A stretch of 64,000 bases of DNA from Gilvibacter sp. (GCF_013214815.1 NZ_JABSPU010000001.1:3287-67286); one strand, 5' to 3'. Counted from the first letter of the stretch, positions 50,801 through 61,327 are shown. The notes: generated by a model from the letters alone, not told the origin. Translations and numbers: made by a program.

Positions 50801-53401
50801 ATGAATTTTAATAATTACACTATAAAATCGCAGGAGGCCGTGCAGCAAGCGCATCAACTTACCCAAGAGTTGTCGCAGCAGCATATTGAGCCCGAGCACC
50901 TTTTTAAGGCCATGCTTGAGGTGGACGAGAACGTACTGCCTTACCTGCTTAAAAAGCTCAATGTCAATCCCAAAGCCTTGGAGCAGATTCTAGATAAAGA
51001 ATTACAGAGAAAAGCCAAGGTGAGCGGAGCCGACATTATGCTCGGCAGAGAAACTGCCAAGATCCTCAATGACGCATCCATTACTGCCAAAAAGCGCGAT
51101 GATGAGTTCGTCTCTATAGAACATCTTATGCTCGCCATTTTTGAGAGCAAAAACACCATAGCTCAGGCCTTGAAAGATCAAGGCGTGACCACTAAAACTT
51201 TAGAAGCCGCCATAGAAGAGCTGCGCAAAGGAGAACGCGTAACCTCTGCCTCCGCAGAGGAATCCTATAACTCCTTGGCCAAATATGCCAAAAACCTCAA
51301 TCAGTTGGCCCAAGAGGGTAAACTGGATCCGGTCATTGGTCGTGACGAAGAGATCAGACGTATTTTACAGATCCTCTCCCGTCGAACCAAAAACAACCCC
51401 ATGTTGGTTGGAGAACCTGGAACGGGTAAAACGGCCATAGCTGAAGGCCTTGCTCACCGCATTGTGGACGGCGACGTACCTGAGAATTTACAACAAAAGC
51501 AGATCTACAGCCTGGATATGGGAGCCTTAATTGCAGGGGCTAAATTCAAAGGGGAGTTTGAAGAGCGTCTTAAAGCGGTCATAAAAGAAGTGACCTCTAG
51601 TGACGGCGATATCGTGCTGTTCATAGACGAGATTCACACCCTGGTAGGCGCCGGAGGTGGTCAAGGTGCCATGGATGCAGCCAATATTCTCAAACCGGCT
51701 TTGGCCCGCGGAGAGTTGCGCGCCATTGGAGCTACTACCCTTGATGAATACCAAAAGTACTTTGAAAAGGATAAGGCTCTAGAGCGTCGATTCCAAAAGG
51801 TACAAGTAGATGAGCCCGATACCGAGAGTGCAATTTCCATCCTTAGAGGGATCAAAGAGAAATATGAAAATCACCACAAGGTGCGTATCAAAGACGACGC
51901 CATCATAGGTGCTGTGGAGCTTTCTCAACGCTATATCACCAATAGGTTCTTACCGGACAAGGCCATTGACCTTATGGATGAAGCAGCTTCGAAGCTGCGG
52001 ATGGAGATCAATTCCAAACCCGAAGAGCTGGATGTATTGGACCGTAAGATCATGCAGTTGGAGATTGAGATCGAAGCCATTAAACGCGAAAAGGATGAAG
52101 CCAAGCTGAAGATTCTTAGAGCAGACCTGGCCAACCTCAAAGAAGAGCGCAACGAGATCCACGCCAAATGGAAGCAAGAAAAAGAGGTAGTCGATAGCGT
52201 GCAGCAGATCAAAACTGAAATCGAAGCCTTAAAGTTAGAAGCAGAACGCGCCGAACGTGAGGGCGATTACGGAAAGGTTGCTGAACTTCGCTATGGAAAG
52301 ATCAAAGAAGCTCAAGAAGCTTTAGACATCAAACAGTCTGAATTGGCTGCCCAGCAAGGATCGGCTTTGATCAAAGAAGAGGTCACCCATGAAGACATCG
52401 CAGAAGTGGTGGCTAAATGGACGGGAGTTCCTGTGACTAAAATGCTGCAAAGTGAACGTGAAAAATTGCTGCAATTGGAGCAAGAATTGCACAAACGCGT
52501 GGTAGGACAACAAGAAGCCATTACTGCAGTAAGTGATGCTATTAGACGTTCACGTGCCGGGCTTCAGGATGCTAAAAAGCCGATTGGTTCCTTCTTATTC
52601 TTGGGAACCACAGGAGTTGGTAAAACCGAGCTCGCCAAAGCGTTGGCCGAGTATCTTTTCAATGATGAAAACGCCATGACACGCATAGACATGAGTGAAT
52701 ATCAGGAGAGACACAGCGTGAGCCGTTTGGTGGGAGCACCTCCGGGATATGTAGGCTATGATGAAGGCGGACAGCTCACAGAAGCTGTGAGGCGCAGACC
52801 TTACTCCGTAGTCCTTTTGGATGAAATTGAAAAGGCACATCCCGATACCTTCAACATTTTGTTACAAGTATTGGATGAAGGCCGTTTGACAGACAATAAA
52901 GGACGAGTTGCTGATTTTAAGAATACCATTATCATCATGACCTCCAATATGGGTAGTACTATTATTCAGGAGCGATTTGAAGCAATCAAGGATCTGGACA
53001 GCGCTATGGAAGCGGCCAAGGTTGATGTACTCGGACTGTTAAAACAAGCCGTGCGACCAGAGTTCTTGAATCGGATTGACGACATCATTTTATTCACCCC
53101 ACTTACTAATAGTGATATTGCTCAAATTGTGGGACTACAGCTCAAAGGAGTGATTAAAATGCTCAACAAGCAAAACATCACTTTAGATGCTACCGATGAG
53201 GCCATCGCCTTTTTGGCGGAGCGTGGATTTGATCCGCAGTTCGGAGCCCGACCAGTAAAACGAGTAATTCAGAGAGAAGTGCTCAATGCGCTATCTAAGG
53301 AGATCTTAGCCGGAACAGTATCCGCAGAAAGTATCATTTTACTGGATAGCTTTGACGGCAAACTGGTCTTTAGAAATCAAAACGATTTGGTAAACTCTTA
53401 G
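50801..53401 (+). CDS. clpB: ATP-dependent chaperone ClpB
   Basis: [28 protein letters not shown], coiled-coil M domain, [20 protein letters not shown]; ATG 50801 preferred. Confidence 0.96.
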   Translation: MNFNNYTIKSQEAVQQAHQLTQELSQQHIEPEHLFKAMLEVDENVLPYLLKKLNVNPKALEQILDKELQRKAKVSGADIMLGRETAKILNDASITAKKRDDEFVSIEHLMLAIFESKNTIAQALKDQGVTTKTLEAAIEELRKGERVTSASAEESYNSLAKYAKNLNQLAQEGKLDPVIGRDEEIRRILQILSRRTKNNPMLVGEPGTGKTAIAEGLAHRIVDGDVPENLQQKQIYSLDMGALIAGAKFKGEFEERLKAVIKEVTSSDGDIVLFIDEIHTLVGAGGGQGAMDAANILKPALARGELRAIGATTLDEYQKYFEKDKALERRFQKVQVDEPDTESAISILRGIKEKYENHHKVRIKDDAIIGAVELSQRYITNRFLPDKAIDLMDEAASKLRMEINSKPEELDVLDRKIMQLEIEIEAIKREKDEAKLKILRADLANLKEERNEIHAKWKQEKEVVDSVQQIKTEIEALKLEAERAEREGDYGKVAELRYGKIKEAQEALDIKQSELAAQQGSALIKEEVTHEDIAEVVAKWTGVPVTKMLQSEREKLLQLEQELHKRVVGQQEAITAVSDAIRRSRAGLQDAKKPIGSFLFLGTTGVGKTELAKALAEYLFNDENAMTRIDMSEYQERHSVSRLVGAPPGYVGYDEGGQLTEAVRRRPYSVVLLDEIEKAHPDTFNILLQVLDEGRLTDNKGRVADFKNTIIIMTSNMGSTIIQERFEAIKDLDSAMEAAKVDVLGLLKQAVRPEFLNRIDDIILFTPLTNSDIAQIVGLQLKGVIKMLNKQNITLDATDEAIAFLAERGFDPQFGARPVKRVIQREVLNALSKEILAGTVSAESIILLDSFDGKLVFRNQNDLVNS

Positions 53402-53416
53402 TCAGACCTGAAAGTT

Positions 53417-53447
53417 AAAAGCCTCCCAAATGGGGGGCTTTCCTTTT
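53417..53447 (+). terminator. clpB intrinsic terminator
   Basis: AAAAGCCTCCC-aaat-GGGGGGCTTTCCTTTT. Confidence 0.7.
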
Positions 53448-53453
53448 GCATAT

Positions 53454-53473
53454 AATATACCGTTTGGTATTTT
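53454..53473. promoter_or_regulatory. TetR operator candidate 1
   Basis: AATATACCGTTTGGTATTTT (ATACC-N4-GGTAT) just upstream of TATCTTTG (53478-53485). Confidence 0.7.
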
Positions 53474-53506
53474 TTATTATCTTTGGTACTACAATTCAAT
53501 GCAATT

Positions 53507-54100
53507 ATGCTTACCAAGGCAGAACGTACGTCCAAATTCATAGTAGAAACTGTAGCTCCTATTTTCAATCAGCAGGGCTATGCGGCTACTTCCATGAATG
53601 ACTTAACCAAAGCAACGGGCTTGACCAAAGGCGCCATTTACGGCAACTTTGAATCCAAAGAAGCCTTGGCGATTGCTGCCTTTAAATACAACGTAAACGA
53701 GCTGTTTAAACAAATCAGTTTACACCAACAGGAAAGTGATTCCGCTTTGGGAGCACTCTATAAGATCACCGAATTTTACCGTTCTTACTACCAGTTTAGC
53801 AGGAAGTTAGGCGGTTGCCCTATTTTAAATATTGGCGTGGATGCCCATCACAATGAGAGTCCACTTATGGCACAAGTACAGCGCGTGATCACCAAAAGTC
53901 AGCAGCACATTCAGGGTCTGGTTGAACTGGCCGTTGCTGAGGGAGACCTCAAAAGAGAATTTGCCCAAATGGAGTTTGGCAAACTCATGTATACCCGTAT
54001 TCAAGGCGCTATTTTTATGATGCAAACTATGGACGATCACAATTATGTGGTTGCTGCAGTAGATGCCTTGGATCAATTGATAAAAACCTACGAAACCTAA
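53507..54100 (+). CDS. TetR/AcrR family transcriptional regulator
   Basis: FNQQGYAATSMNDLTKATGLTKGAIYGNFESKE HTH; GGCP; ATG 53507 preferred. Confidence 0.92.
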   Translation: MLTKAERTSKFIVETVAPIFNQQGYAATSMNDLTKATGLTKGAIYGNFESKEALAIAAFKYNVNELFKQISLHQQESDSALGALYKITEFYRSYYQFSRKLGGCPILNIGVDAHHNESPLMAQVQRVITKSQQHIQGLVELAVAEGDLKREFAQMEFGKLMYTRIQGAIFMMQTMDDHNYVVAAVDALDQLIKTYET

Positions 54101-54114
54101 TTTTTTTAATCAAA

Positions 54115-54134
54115 AATATACCGATTGGTATTTT
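54115..54134. promoter_or_regulatory. TetR operator candidate 2
   Basis: AATATACCGATTGGTATTTT, 19/20 identical to candidate 1, 3 nt before thioesterase ATG. Confidence 0.7.
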
Positions 54135-54137
54135 ATT

Positions 54138-54623
54138 ATGGAGAAATTACCTAAAGTACTCGAAAGTGTGAGCAAGATCCGATTTCAAGATTGTGATCCT
54201 TTTAATCACCTCAACAATGCGGAATACCTCAACTATATGATCAACGCCCGCGAGGATCAACTCATAGAGCATTACGGGATCGATATTTATGAAATGGGAC
54301 GCAAAGAAGGAAAGAGCTGGGTTGTGGGTAGTACACAGATCGCTTATATCAAACCTGCCTTTACCATGGAAGAAGTCAAGATAAGCAGTCAATTATTGCA
54401 ATATTCGGACAATTCGTTGCTGGTTGAGATGCGGATGAGCGGATTGAAAAAAGGAGATCTCAAAGCCTTCATGTGGAGTAACTTTGTGCATTTCAACCTC
54501 TTAACACAGAAAAAAGAGCAACATTCTGAAAAATTTATGAATCTTTTCGAAGCAGTAGCAAATCCACTGCCTGAAACGACATTTGAGCAGCGAATTTCGA
54601 CATTTCGGTCGCAAAAGGTGTAA
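54138..54623 (+). CDS. Acyl-CoA thioesterase (4HBT/YbgC hotdog fold)
   Basis: IRFQDCDPFNHLNNAEY motif. Confidence 0.88.
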   Translation: MEKLPKVLESVSKIRFQDCDPFNHLNNAEYLNYMINAREDQLIEHYGIDIYEMGRKEGKSWVVGSTQIAYIKPAFTMEEVKISSQLLQYSDNSLLVEMRMSGLKKGDLKAFMWSNFVHFNLLTQKKEQHSEKFMNLFEAVANPLPETTFEQRISTFRSQKV

Positions 54624-54644
54624 CAAAGATTTTTCTCGGTCGTC
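54619..54644 (+). promoter_or_regulatory. Candidate ECF-sigma promoter
   Basis: TGTAAC-N16-CGTC upstream of the small ORF at 54683. Confidence 0.6.
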
Positions 54645-54682
54645 ATATGGGTGTATCAAATTAAAAAACGAAACGCCAAAAA

Positions 54683-54808
54683 ATGAAGATCATGGAAACT
54701 ACAATCAGTAAAAAGATACAACCTAGACGCAATCACGCCTTAGCCGTTTACGTTGGGGTTGTTACACTAGTAACACTATTCTACTCACTTTCTGTCAGCA
54801 TGTTGTAA
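54683..54808 (+). CDS. Unannotated 41-aa single-pass membrane microprotein
   Basis: MKIMETTISKKIQPRRNHALAVYVGVVTLVTLFYSLSVSML*, read by hand; A-rich start context; flanked by promoter and terminator. Confidence 0.6.
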   Translation: MKIMETTISKKIQPRRNHALAVYVGVVTLVTLFYSLSVSML

Positions 54809-54828
54809 GAAAGAACCTGAATTGGTGG

Positions 54829-54875
54829 TTGCCTAAAGGAAGCACAGCGCTTCTTTTAGGCAATTTTATTTTATA
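54829..54875 (+). terminator. Intrinsic terminator after the small ORF
   Basis: TTGCCTAAAGGAAGC-acagc-GCTTCTTTTAGGCAA (15 bp, one G.U) followed by T-rich tract. Confidence 0.75.
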
Positions 54876-54901
54876 CCTTCCACTGCTGTAAAGCAAACTG
54901 T

Positions 54902-55417
54902 ATGAAATCTATTGCCTCTTTAATTCTCTTTTTGACGCTCTGCGGCCCTTTAAGTGCACAGATGCAGTCTTCCCAAGAGGAATCCACAACCGTTTATTAC
55001 TGCATTAGACACGCAGAAAAGGACCGCTCCAACGCAGACAATAAAAACCCAGACTTAACGCAAGCAGGCCTTGAGCGTGCCGAAAATTGGGCCAAAGTCT
55101 TTTCTACGGTTGATTTTGATGCCGTTTACAGCTCCGATTATAATAGAACCCAACAAACAGCAGCACCTACAGCAGCTTCCAAGGGGCTTGAGGTATTGTC
55201 CTATAACCCAAGGGATCTGTACAATAAAGATTTTGCCGCGGCTACTGACGGAAAAACAGTTCTAGTTGTTGGACATAGCAATACCACACCCGTATTTGTC
55301 AATGCAGTTTTAGGAGAAGAAAAGTATCCTTGGATGGCCGACGACAATAACGGCGGCCTTTATATAGTGACCAAAGTTGGAGAGACGGTGTCTGTGCAAA
55401 TAGTACAGATCAATTAG
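54902..55417 (+). CDS. Exported histidine-phosphatase (SixA/PGM-like) protein
   Basis: IRHAEK, DLTQAGLERA, RTQQTA, VVGHSNT; signal peptide. Confidence 0.88.
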   Translation: MKSIASLILFLTLCGPLSAQMQSSQEESTTVYYCIRHAEKDRSNADNKNPDLTQAGLERAENWAKVFSTVDFDAVYSSDYNRTQQTAAPTAASKGLEVLSYNPRDLYNKDFAAATDGKTVLVVGHSNTTPVFVNAVLGEEKYPWMADDNNGGLYIVTKVGETVSVQIVQIN

Positions 55418-56184
55418 TCTTCTGGAAGACTTACCGCCACATCCCTATAGGTAGTGACCGCTTTGCGTTGCATATTGCCAGTATTATAAGCAATCCCCAA
55501 AGAGTCAATACGCACGTCTTTATTGCGACCTGCTGTTTGATAAAGCTCAAAGTCTGAAAAGAGCATGCTGTTTACTCTTCGCTTATACGCAGCAGCCATG
55601 AATTGCTTTCTGCCACTGGTTTCATCATTTTGTTTAGCAATGAAATCGATTTCATAGGTGTCTTTACTGATCCAAAGGATATAAGCTCGGTGATCAGGAT
55701 CGCCTCCTGGAATCTGCTTGTAACTCACCTTGAGCTTGTGATAGGGCTTTAAACGCATGTCCTCCATCCCCAAGTACTCTAAGATCACATCATTCCCCGT
55801 AAGCGAATACGGAATGTAAAAGTCATAGGCTACATTATTAACGCGCTCTCTGATCAAGGTCATTTGACGCCCGCCTTGATCTACCAGACTGTCACCTATT
55901 TTATAGGTTAATCCGCCGTTAAAAGTATTCACTTTATGCAGGACGCCGTCTTTTTCTTGAGACATCTCATAGTCATAAGTATAACCTTCTCGCTTGAGTT
56001 TAAAATCGTAATTGTTCAAACCAAAACTAATGGTAGCACCGTCATAGTGTCCTCCCCCATGGGCGGCTATTGCGCTATCCAATAAAGCTCTGGGCTGAAT
56101 TTGTTGTTGGGGTTCTACCTGTTGGCAGCTTACCATTGCGGCCGTTGTAATTAGTGCCGTTATAATAAGTTTAATTTGCTTCAT
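55414..56184 (-). CDS. DUF6503-like lipoprotein (paralog 2)
   Basis: Lipobox VSC, AIAAHGG, NNVAYDFYIPYSL, KPYHKLKVSY. Confidence 0.65.
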   Translation of the reverse strand: MKQIKLIITALITTAAMVSCQQVEPQQQIQPRALLDSAIAAHGGGHYDGATISFGLNNYDFKLKREGYTYDYEMSQEKDGVLHKVNTFNGGLTYKIGDSLVDQGGRQMTLIRERVNNVAYDFYIPYSLTGNDVILEYLGMEDMRLKPYHKLKVSYKQIPGGDPDHRAYILWISKDTYEIDFIAKQNDETSGRKQFMAAAYKRRVNSMLFSDFELYQTAGRNKDVRIDSLGIAYNTGNMQRKAVTTYRDVAVSLPED

Positions 56185-56977
56185 CTGTAATTTGTACAGT
56201 TACATTTTCTAATTCGATCTTAGACACTTCTATTAGGCTTCCTTGCTCGTAGAGGTAATCTAGGTCTTCTAAGGCTACATCGAGGCCTTTTGGCTTGTAG
56301 TTGATATAATCTTGAACGCGGATACCATTGATCTCTCGGGGATTCGTTGCCGCTCTAAAACGAATTCCTCCGCCCTCGGTCTCATAAGAATAAGCTAAAT
56401 AATCCATAGAACCGGTCTCAGTATCAAGCCAGTAAACGAATACATCCTGAAAATCCACACCGCCACCTTCTTGCTTAAAGCGAACTTCTACTTCGTGATA
56501 AGTCTTCCCTTTAATTGAATCCGTGCCGAGGAGTTTTTTCTGAACCGCAGCGTCATTTAAACCATAAGGCAAACGCGCAAAATAGTGTACGGAATTTACG
56601 CTATTGGTGAATTTCACCTTCATGGAATCGACTATATTCATCTCAAACTCATCATTCAACACCTGGGTGTAACCCGCATTGGTGACGCGGTCCGTAATCT
56701 TGCCGATGGCCTTGTTGTATGAAATTCGATCTAAAGTAAACTGTCCTCCTTCTTGTAGGGAACGATACTCGTAATCCCTGAATTTAAAAGTCATCTCTGC
56801 GCTTTCAAACTTGTCACCTCCGTGATACTCAATGGCGCGGTCCACCAATTGTTGGGCAGTAAAATTAGGCTTAACCGTTCTGGGATCGGGTTGTTGTTCT
56901 TCTTGATTCTTCGCGCCCTGATTGCAACTCATCAGACTAACTAAACAGAGCAAAAGGAATATTCTTGATGTGGTCAT
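56171..56977 (-). CDS. DUF6503-like lipoprotein (paralog 1)
   Basis: Lipobox MSC, AIEYHGG, NSVHYFARLPYGL, GGGVDFQDVFVYW, YLAYSY; ATG 56977 preferred. Confidence 0.7.
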   Translation of the reverse strand: MTTSRIFLLLCLVSLMSCNQGAKNQEEQQPDPRTVKPNFTAQQLVDRAIEYHGGDKFESAEMTFKFRDYEYRSLQEGGQFTLDRISYNKAIGKITDRVTNAGYTQVLNDEFEMNIVDSMKVKFTNSVNSVHYFARLPYGLNDAAVQKKLLGTDSIKGKTYHEVEVRFKQEGGGVDFQDVFVYWLDTETGSMDYLAYSYETEGGGIRFRAATNPREINGIRVQDYINYKPKGLDVALEDLDYLYEQGSLIEVSKIELENVTVQITDEAN

Positions 56978-57075
56978 AAAACAAAAATACACAGAACACG
57001 CAATCTGCCGCAGTTCCCCGCTCTTAAAATTTTGATAAGACCCTTAGAAATTAGATTTAGTGTTAAATTTGCCGC

Positions 57076-57543
57076 ATGAGTTTACAGAAACAAGTACAAA
57101 TCAAAAACCGCAAAGCGCGCTTTGAATACGAGATCTTGGATCGGTATACTGCTGGGATAGTTCTGGCTGGTACGGAGATCAAAGCGATTCGTGAAGGGCG
57201 AGCCTCTATTGCGGAGAGTTTCTGTGAGTTCAATGACCATGGAGAGTTGTTTGCGATCAATATGACCATAGAGGAATATTCGCATGCAACACACTTCAAT
57301 CACAAACCCAAAAGTGAGCGCAAGCTCCTTTTAAACAGAAATGAGCTCAAAAAGCTCGAAAAAGAGGTGAAGAACTCTGGGCTTACGATCATCCCCCTAT
57401 TATTATTTACCAACGATCGTGGGCTTGCCAAATTGGAGATCGCCTTATGTCGAGGTAAAAAACTCTACGACAAGCGCGATACCATTAAAGACAGAGACAA
57501 CAAGCGTAACCTTAGCAGGATCAAGAAGAACTTTAACAATTAA
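57076..57543 (+). CDS. smpB: SsrA-binding protein
   Basis: NRKARFEY, AGIVLAGTEIKAIREG, RKLLLNR, GKKLYDKR. Confidence 0.96.
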   Translation: MSLQKQVQIKNRKARFEYEILDRYTAGIVLAGTEIKAIREGRASIAESFCEFNDHGELFAINMTIEEYSHATHFNHKPKSERKLLLNRNELKKLEKEVKNSGLTIIPLLLFTNDRGLAKLEIALCRGKKLYDKRDTIKDRDNKRNLSRIKKNFNN

Positions 57544-57622
57544 TGGTAAATTTATGTTAGCTAACACTTTTTTAAGAAGTGTATAGCGCGCCATTGATTT
57601 TATTTGCCTCAAAACATTGACC

Positions 57623-60097
57623 ATGCAAAAACCGCTACTCCTACTCCTATTTTTAGTCACCACCTTATCCCAGGCCCAAATCAAGGGACGAGTAACTGAC
57701 AAAGCCGGAGAACCCCTTCCCTTTGTAAACATATTTGTTCAAGACAGTTATCTGGGCACCACTTCTAATGAATTGGGAAATTATGTCTTGGAACTCCCAG
57801 ATTCTGGAGATTATACTTTAGTGTTTCAGTATTTGGGTTTTGAAACTTTGAGTAAAACCGTGAACTACAAAGGAGGATCTCAGACGCTGGATGTGAGTTT
57901 GGAAGCGACCAGTTTGAGTTTGGATGAGGTAGTGATAGATGCCAGTGAAGACCCGGCTTACCGTATCATCAGAGCTGCTATTGCCAATAGAAAGCAGAAC
58001 AGTCAACGCATTTCCGCATATACCGCAGATTTCTACTCCAAAGGTCTTTGGAAGGTTACTGAAGCCCCTGAGCGGATCATGGGAGAAGAAGTTGGTGACT
58101 TTGGCGGGGCTTTGGATTCCACGCGTACGGGAATCATTTATCTTTCTGAGACCATCTCTGAGATTGCCTATCAAGAACCCAAGGATTTTAAAGAAAAGAT
58201 CATCGCTTCTAAAGTGAGCGGCAACGACAACGGCTTTAGTTTTAACAGCGCCGGAGATGCGAACTTCTCCTTTTACAACAACACCATTGAGATCAATGCG
58301 CAGTTGGTATCGCCTATTGCAAGCAACGCCTTGGAATACTATCGCTATAAATTAGAAGGTGTTTTTTATGAGGATGGTAAATTGATCAATAAGATCTTGG
58401 TGACTCCTAAACGCAGCCAAGACCGCGTTTGGCAGGGTTACGTCTACATTGTAGAGGACGATTGGGAGTTCTACGGAATTGATTTAACTACCTCAGGAAC
58501 GGCCATTCAAATTCCCTTTGTCAAAGAATTGGTCTTCAAACAAAACTTCACTTATGATAAGCAAAAAGAGTTTTGGGTGAAGATCTCTCAGACCATTGAC
58601 TTTAGCTTTGGACTCTTTGGTTTGAATGGAGACGGACGTTTTACGGCAGTTTACAGCAATTACAACTTTGACCCTGGCTTTACCAGAGCTAGCTTTACCA
58701 ATGAGGTACTCACCTTTGTCGACAATGCCAATGAAAAGGATTCCTTGTACTGGAATCAAGTTAGACCCGTTCCACTTACTCCAGAGGAAATCTCTGATTA
58801 TGTGCGTAAAGACAGCATTCAGACCTTACGCAAATCCAAAACCTATTTGGATTCGATTGACTCCGGCAATAACAGGCCTTCCCTTTTAGCGCCTCTTACC
58901 GGTTACACCTATAGAAACAGCTATGAGCGCTGGAACGTCACTTATGATGGCCCGAGCTTTCAATTCAACACCATTCAAGGTTATACTCCAGAGGTTGGTT
59001 TGAGCTTTTTCAAAGGTTTTGATGAGAATTACACCCGTTGGTTGAGTTTCAATTCGCGCTTTAATTATGGGATAGATGATGACCGCTTCCGATTCAACGC
59101 TAGGGCTACCTATAGATTCAATGCCAAAAACCGCGCCCGACTCAGTGTAAGCGGAGGTGTCACTGTAGACCAGTTTAACGGCAGCGAACCCATATCACCC
59201 TTTGTGAACGCGATAAGCAGTTTGGCCTTTGAGCGGAACTTCCTAAAAGCCTATGAGCTGCGCTCGGGAGCCATAAACTACGGCCAAGAAGTGGTGAACG
59301 GTTTATTTTTAACCAGCCGTTTGGCTTATGAAGAACGGGTACCCCTGTTCAACAATTCCGATCAGGTTTGGTTTAGGAATTCTGGAGTTTCCTATACCTC
59401 CAACAATCCACTAGACCCCACAGACTTTGAAAATGCCGCGATTGACAAACACAATATTGTCAAGGCTGGGGTGAGCGCTTATATTACCATTGGGCAGAAA
59501 TACATGAGCTATCCAGACTTTAAGTTCAATGTGGGTGGTGACAATCGTTTTCCACGAATTCAGCTGAATTATGAAGGCGGATTCTCGGCTTCTAATGAGA
59601 ATTACAACTTCCATCAATTCAGTGCAGGCTTGTATCAGAGCTTTAGAATTGGCAACAAAGGCCGATTCCGCTACAACCTAAAAGGGGGAACCTTTGTTAA
59701 TGGAGAAGATATCTCTTTTGTAGACTTCCAACACTTTAACGGCAATCAAACCCGCGTGAATGATGGCGGGGTGTATACCAATGTATTCAATAACCTGCCT
59801 TATTACGCCTTGAGCACTAACGATTCTTATATGGAATTCCATGCCGAACATCATTTTAACGGTTGGCTTTTAGGGAAGATCCCAGGTTTGAATCAACTCA
59901 ACTTCAATTTAGTAGTAGGCGGACACGTGCTAAGCACCGTGGGTAATAAGCCTTATTACGAGTATTCTGTTGGTTTGGACAATATCGGTTGGGGCAAGTA
60001 TCGTTTGCTGCGGATCGATTATGTGCGTTCCAGTCTTAACGGAGTGAATGACGGCATATTCGTCTTTGGCCTGAAGTTCTTAGACTTCTTGGATTAA
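57623..60097 (+). CDS. Carboxypeptidase-regulatory-like domain + DUF5686-like outer-membrane protein
   Basis: Signal peptide, KGRVTDKAGEPLPFVNIFV...GTTSNELGNY, YLSETIS, KDSLYW..RPVPLT, beta-rich C-half. Confidence 0.78.
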   Translation: MQKPLLLLLFLVTTLSQAQIKGRVTDKAGEPLPFVNIFVQDSYLGTTSNELGNYVLELPDSGDYTLVFQYLGFETLSKTVNYKGGSQTLDVSLEATSLSLDEVVIDASEDPAYRIIRAAIANRKQNSQRISAYTADFYSKGLWKVTEAPERIMGEEVGDFGGALDSTRTGIIYLSETISEIAYQEPKDFKEKIIASKVSGNDNGFSFNSAGDANFSFYNNTIEINAQLVSPIASNALEYYRYKLEGVFYEDGKLINKILVTPKRSQDRVWQGYVYIVEDDWEFYGIDLTTSGTAIQIPFVKELVFKQNFTYDKQKEFWVKISQTIDFSFGLFGLNGDGRFTAVYSNYNFDPGFTRASFTNEVLTFVDNANEKDSLYWNQVRPVPLTPEEISDYVRKDSIQTLRKSKTYLDSIDSGNNRPSLLAPLTGYTYRNSYERWNVTYDGPSFQFNTIQGYTPEVGLSFFKGFDENYTRWLSFNSRFNYGIDDDRFRFNARATYRFNAKNRARLSVSGGVTVDQFNGSEPISPFVNAISSLAFERNFLKAYELRSGAINYGQEVVNGLFLTSRLAYEERVPLFNNSDQVWFRNSGVSYTSNNPLDPTDFENAAIDKHNIVKAGVSAYITIGQKYMSYPDFKFNVGGDNRFPRIQLNYEGGFSASNENYNFHQFSAGLYQSFRIGNKGRFRYNLKGGTFVNGEDISFVDFQHFNGNQTRVNDGGVYTNVFNNLPYYALSTNDSYMEFHAEHHFNGWLLGKIPGLNQLNFNLVVGGHVLSTVGNKPYYEYSVGLDNIGWGKYRLLRIDYVRSSLNGVNDGIFVFGLKFLDFLD

Positions 60098-60109
60098 GTT
60101 CTCTAAATA

Positions 60110-61327
60110 CTATTGCCTTCTGTTAGCTAATAGCGGCGGCGGTTCCCCAGTAAAGGGATTCCAGCGTCCAATACTCTTTGCATTCATCCCAGCAGCTTTG
60201 ATCACCGCCCGATCTCCATATCGGGCGCGCATCTTGTCCATGGCTTGGTAGAGGTTGATGATCTTATCGTTGTCTTGAAACAGGTCGATCTGTTGTCCAC
60301 CAGAGACCAAATGGCTGAACCGCACACCAATTAAACGCACCAAAAGTCTGCGTTGATAGAGCTTTTTGTACAGCTCCATAATTACCGGCAGTATCTTGTG
60401 ATCTGCCGCACTGTAGGGAATGCGCTTTTGCATGGTATAGGTTTGAAAGTCTGAATAGCGAATCTTTACCGTAACACAAGCCGTAAGCTTATCGCCGCGT
60501 CGCAGTTGATAAATCAGGTTTTCTGCCATGGCGGTCAATATCCCTTTTAATTTCTGCGGATCTGTAGTGTCTCGGTCAAAGGTGCGTTCTGTAGAGATGG
60601 ATTTTCGCTCGTGATATTGCACCACTGGCGAAGGGTCTATCCCATTGGCCTTGCGCCAGATCACTTGCCCGTTCTTACCAAAAACCCTGGCCATCATATC
60701 CAAAGGCATCTCCTGAATGGTTTGGATCCGCTTGATCCCCAGATCACAAAGCGAACGGTAGGTGACCTCCCCAACCATCGGGATCTTCCGTACCGAAAGC
60801 GGCGAGAGAAAAGGTTTTTCATTGCCCTTTTTTATGCGGATCTTATTGTTGGGTTTGGCCTCTCCGGTAGCGATCTTAGAAACGGTTTTGTTGGTAGAGA
60901 GTCCAAAGGAAATGGGCAAGCCCGTTTCTTTGATGATCCGATCCCGCAGCTCCGAAGCCATTTTGTGACATCCAAAAAAACGATCCGTTCCCGTAAGGTC
61001 AATATAAAACTCATCTACCGAGGTCTTCTCATAAAGCGGTACGCTCTCTTTGATCACATCGGTAACCATATCAGAGAATTTGGAATAGACTCCAGAGTTC
61101 CCTCGCAGCACTATCGCCTCCGGGCAAAGCTGTTTGGCCATTCGCATGGGCATGGCCGAATGTATTCCAAAGGTACGAGCCTCATAACTGCAAGAGGCCA
61201 CTACCCCACGGTCTGTGGTTCCACCGATCAATACCGGTTTTCCTTCCAATCGGCTATCTAATAGCCGTTCACAGGACACAAAAAAGGTGTCCAGATCCAT
61301 ATGTACTATGGCGCGTTCACTGTTCAT
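60110..61327 (-). CDS. dinB: DNA polymerase IV (Y family)
   Basis: HMDLDTFFVS, SCSYEAR, SVDEFYID, KTVSKIA, PMVGE little-finger architecture. Confidence 0.93.
   Translation of the reverse strand: MNSERAIVHMDLDTFFVSCERLLDSRLEGKPVLIGGTTDRGVVASCSYEARTFGIHSAMPMRMAKQLCPEAIVLRGNSGVYSKFSDMVTDVIKESVPLYEKTSVDEFYIDLTGTDRFFGCHKMASELRDRIIKETGLPISFGLSTNKTVSKIATGEAKPNNKIRIKKGNEKPFLSPLSVRKIPMVGEVTYRSLCDLGIKRIQTIQEMPLDMMARVFGKNGQVIWRKANGIDPSPVVQYHERKSISTERTFDRDTTDPQKLKGILTAMAENLIYQLRRGDKLTACVTVKIRYSDFQTYTMQKRIPYSAADHKILPVIMELYKKLYQRRLLVRLIGVRFSHLVSGGQQIDLFQDNDKIINLYQAMDKMRARYGDRAVIKAAGMNAKSIGRWNPFTGEPPPLLANRRQ

Noticed and set aside
56993-57616. tmRNA gene next to smpB
   Set aside because: Flanking gaps are under 100 bp and show no tRNA-like ends.
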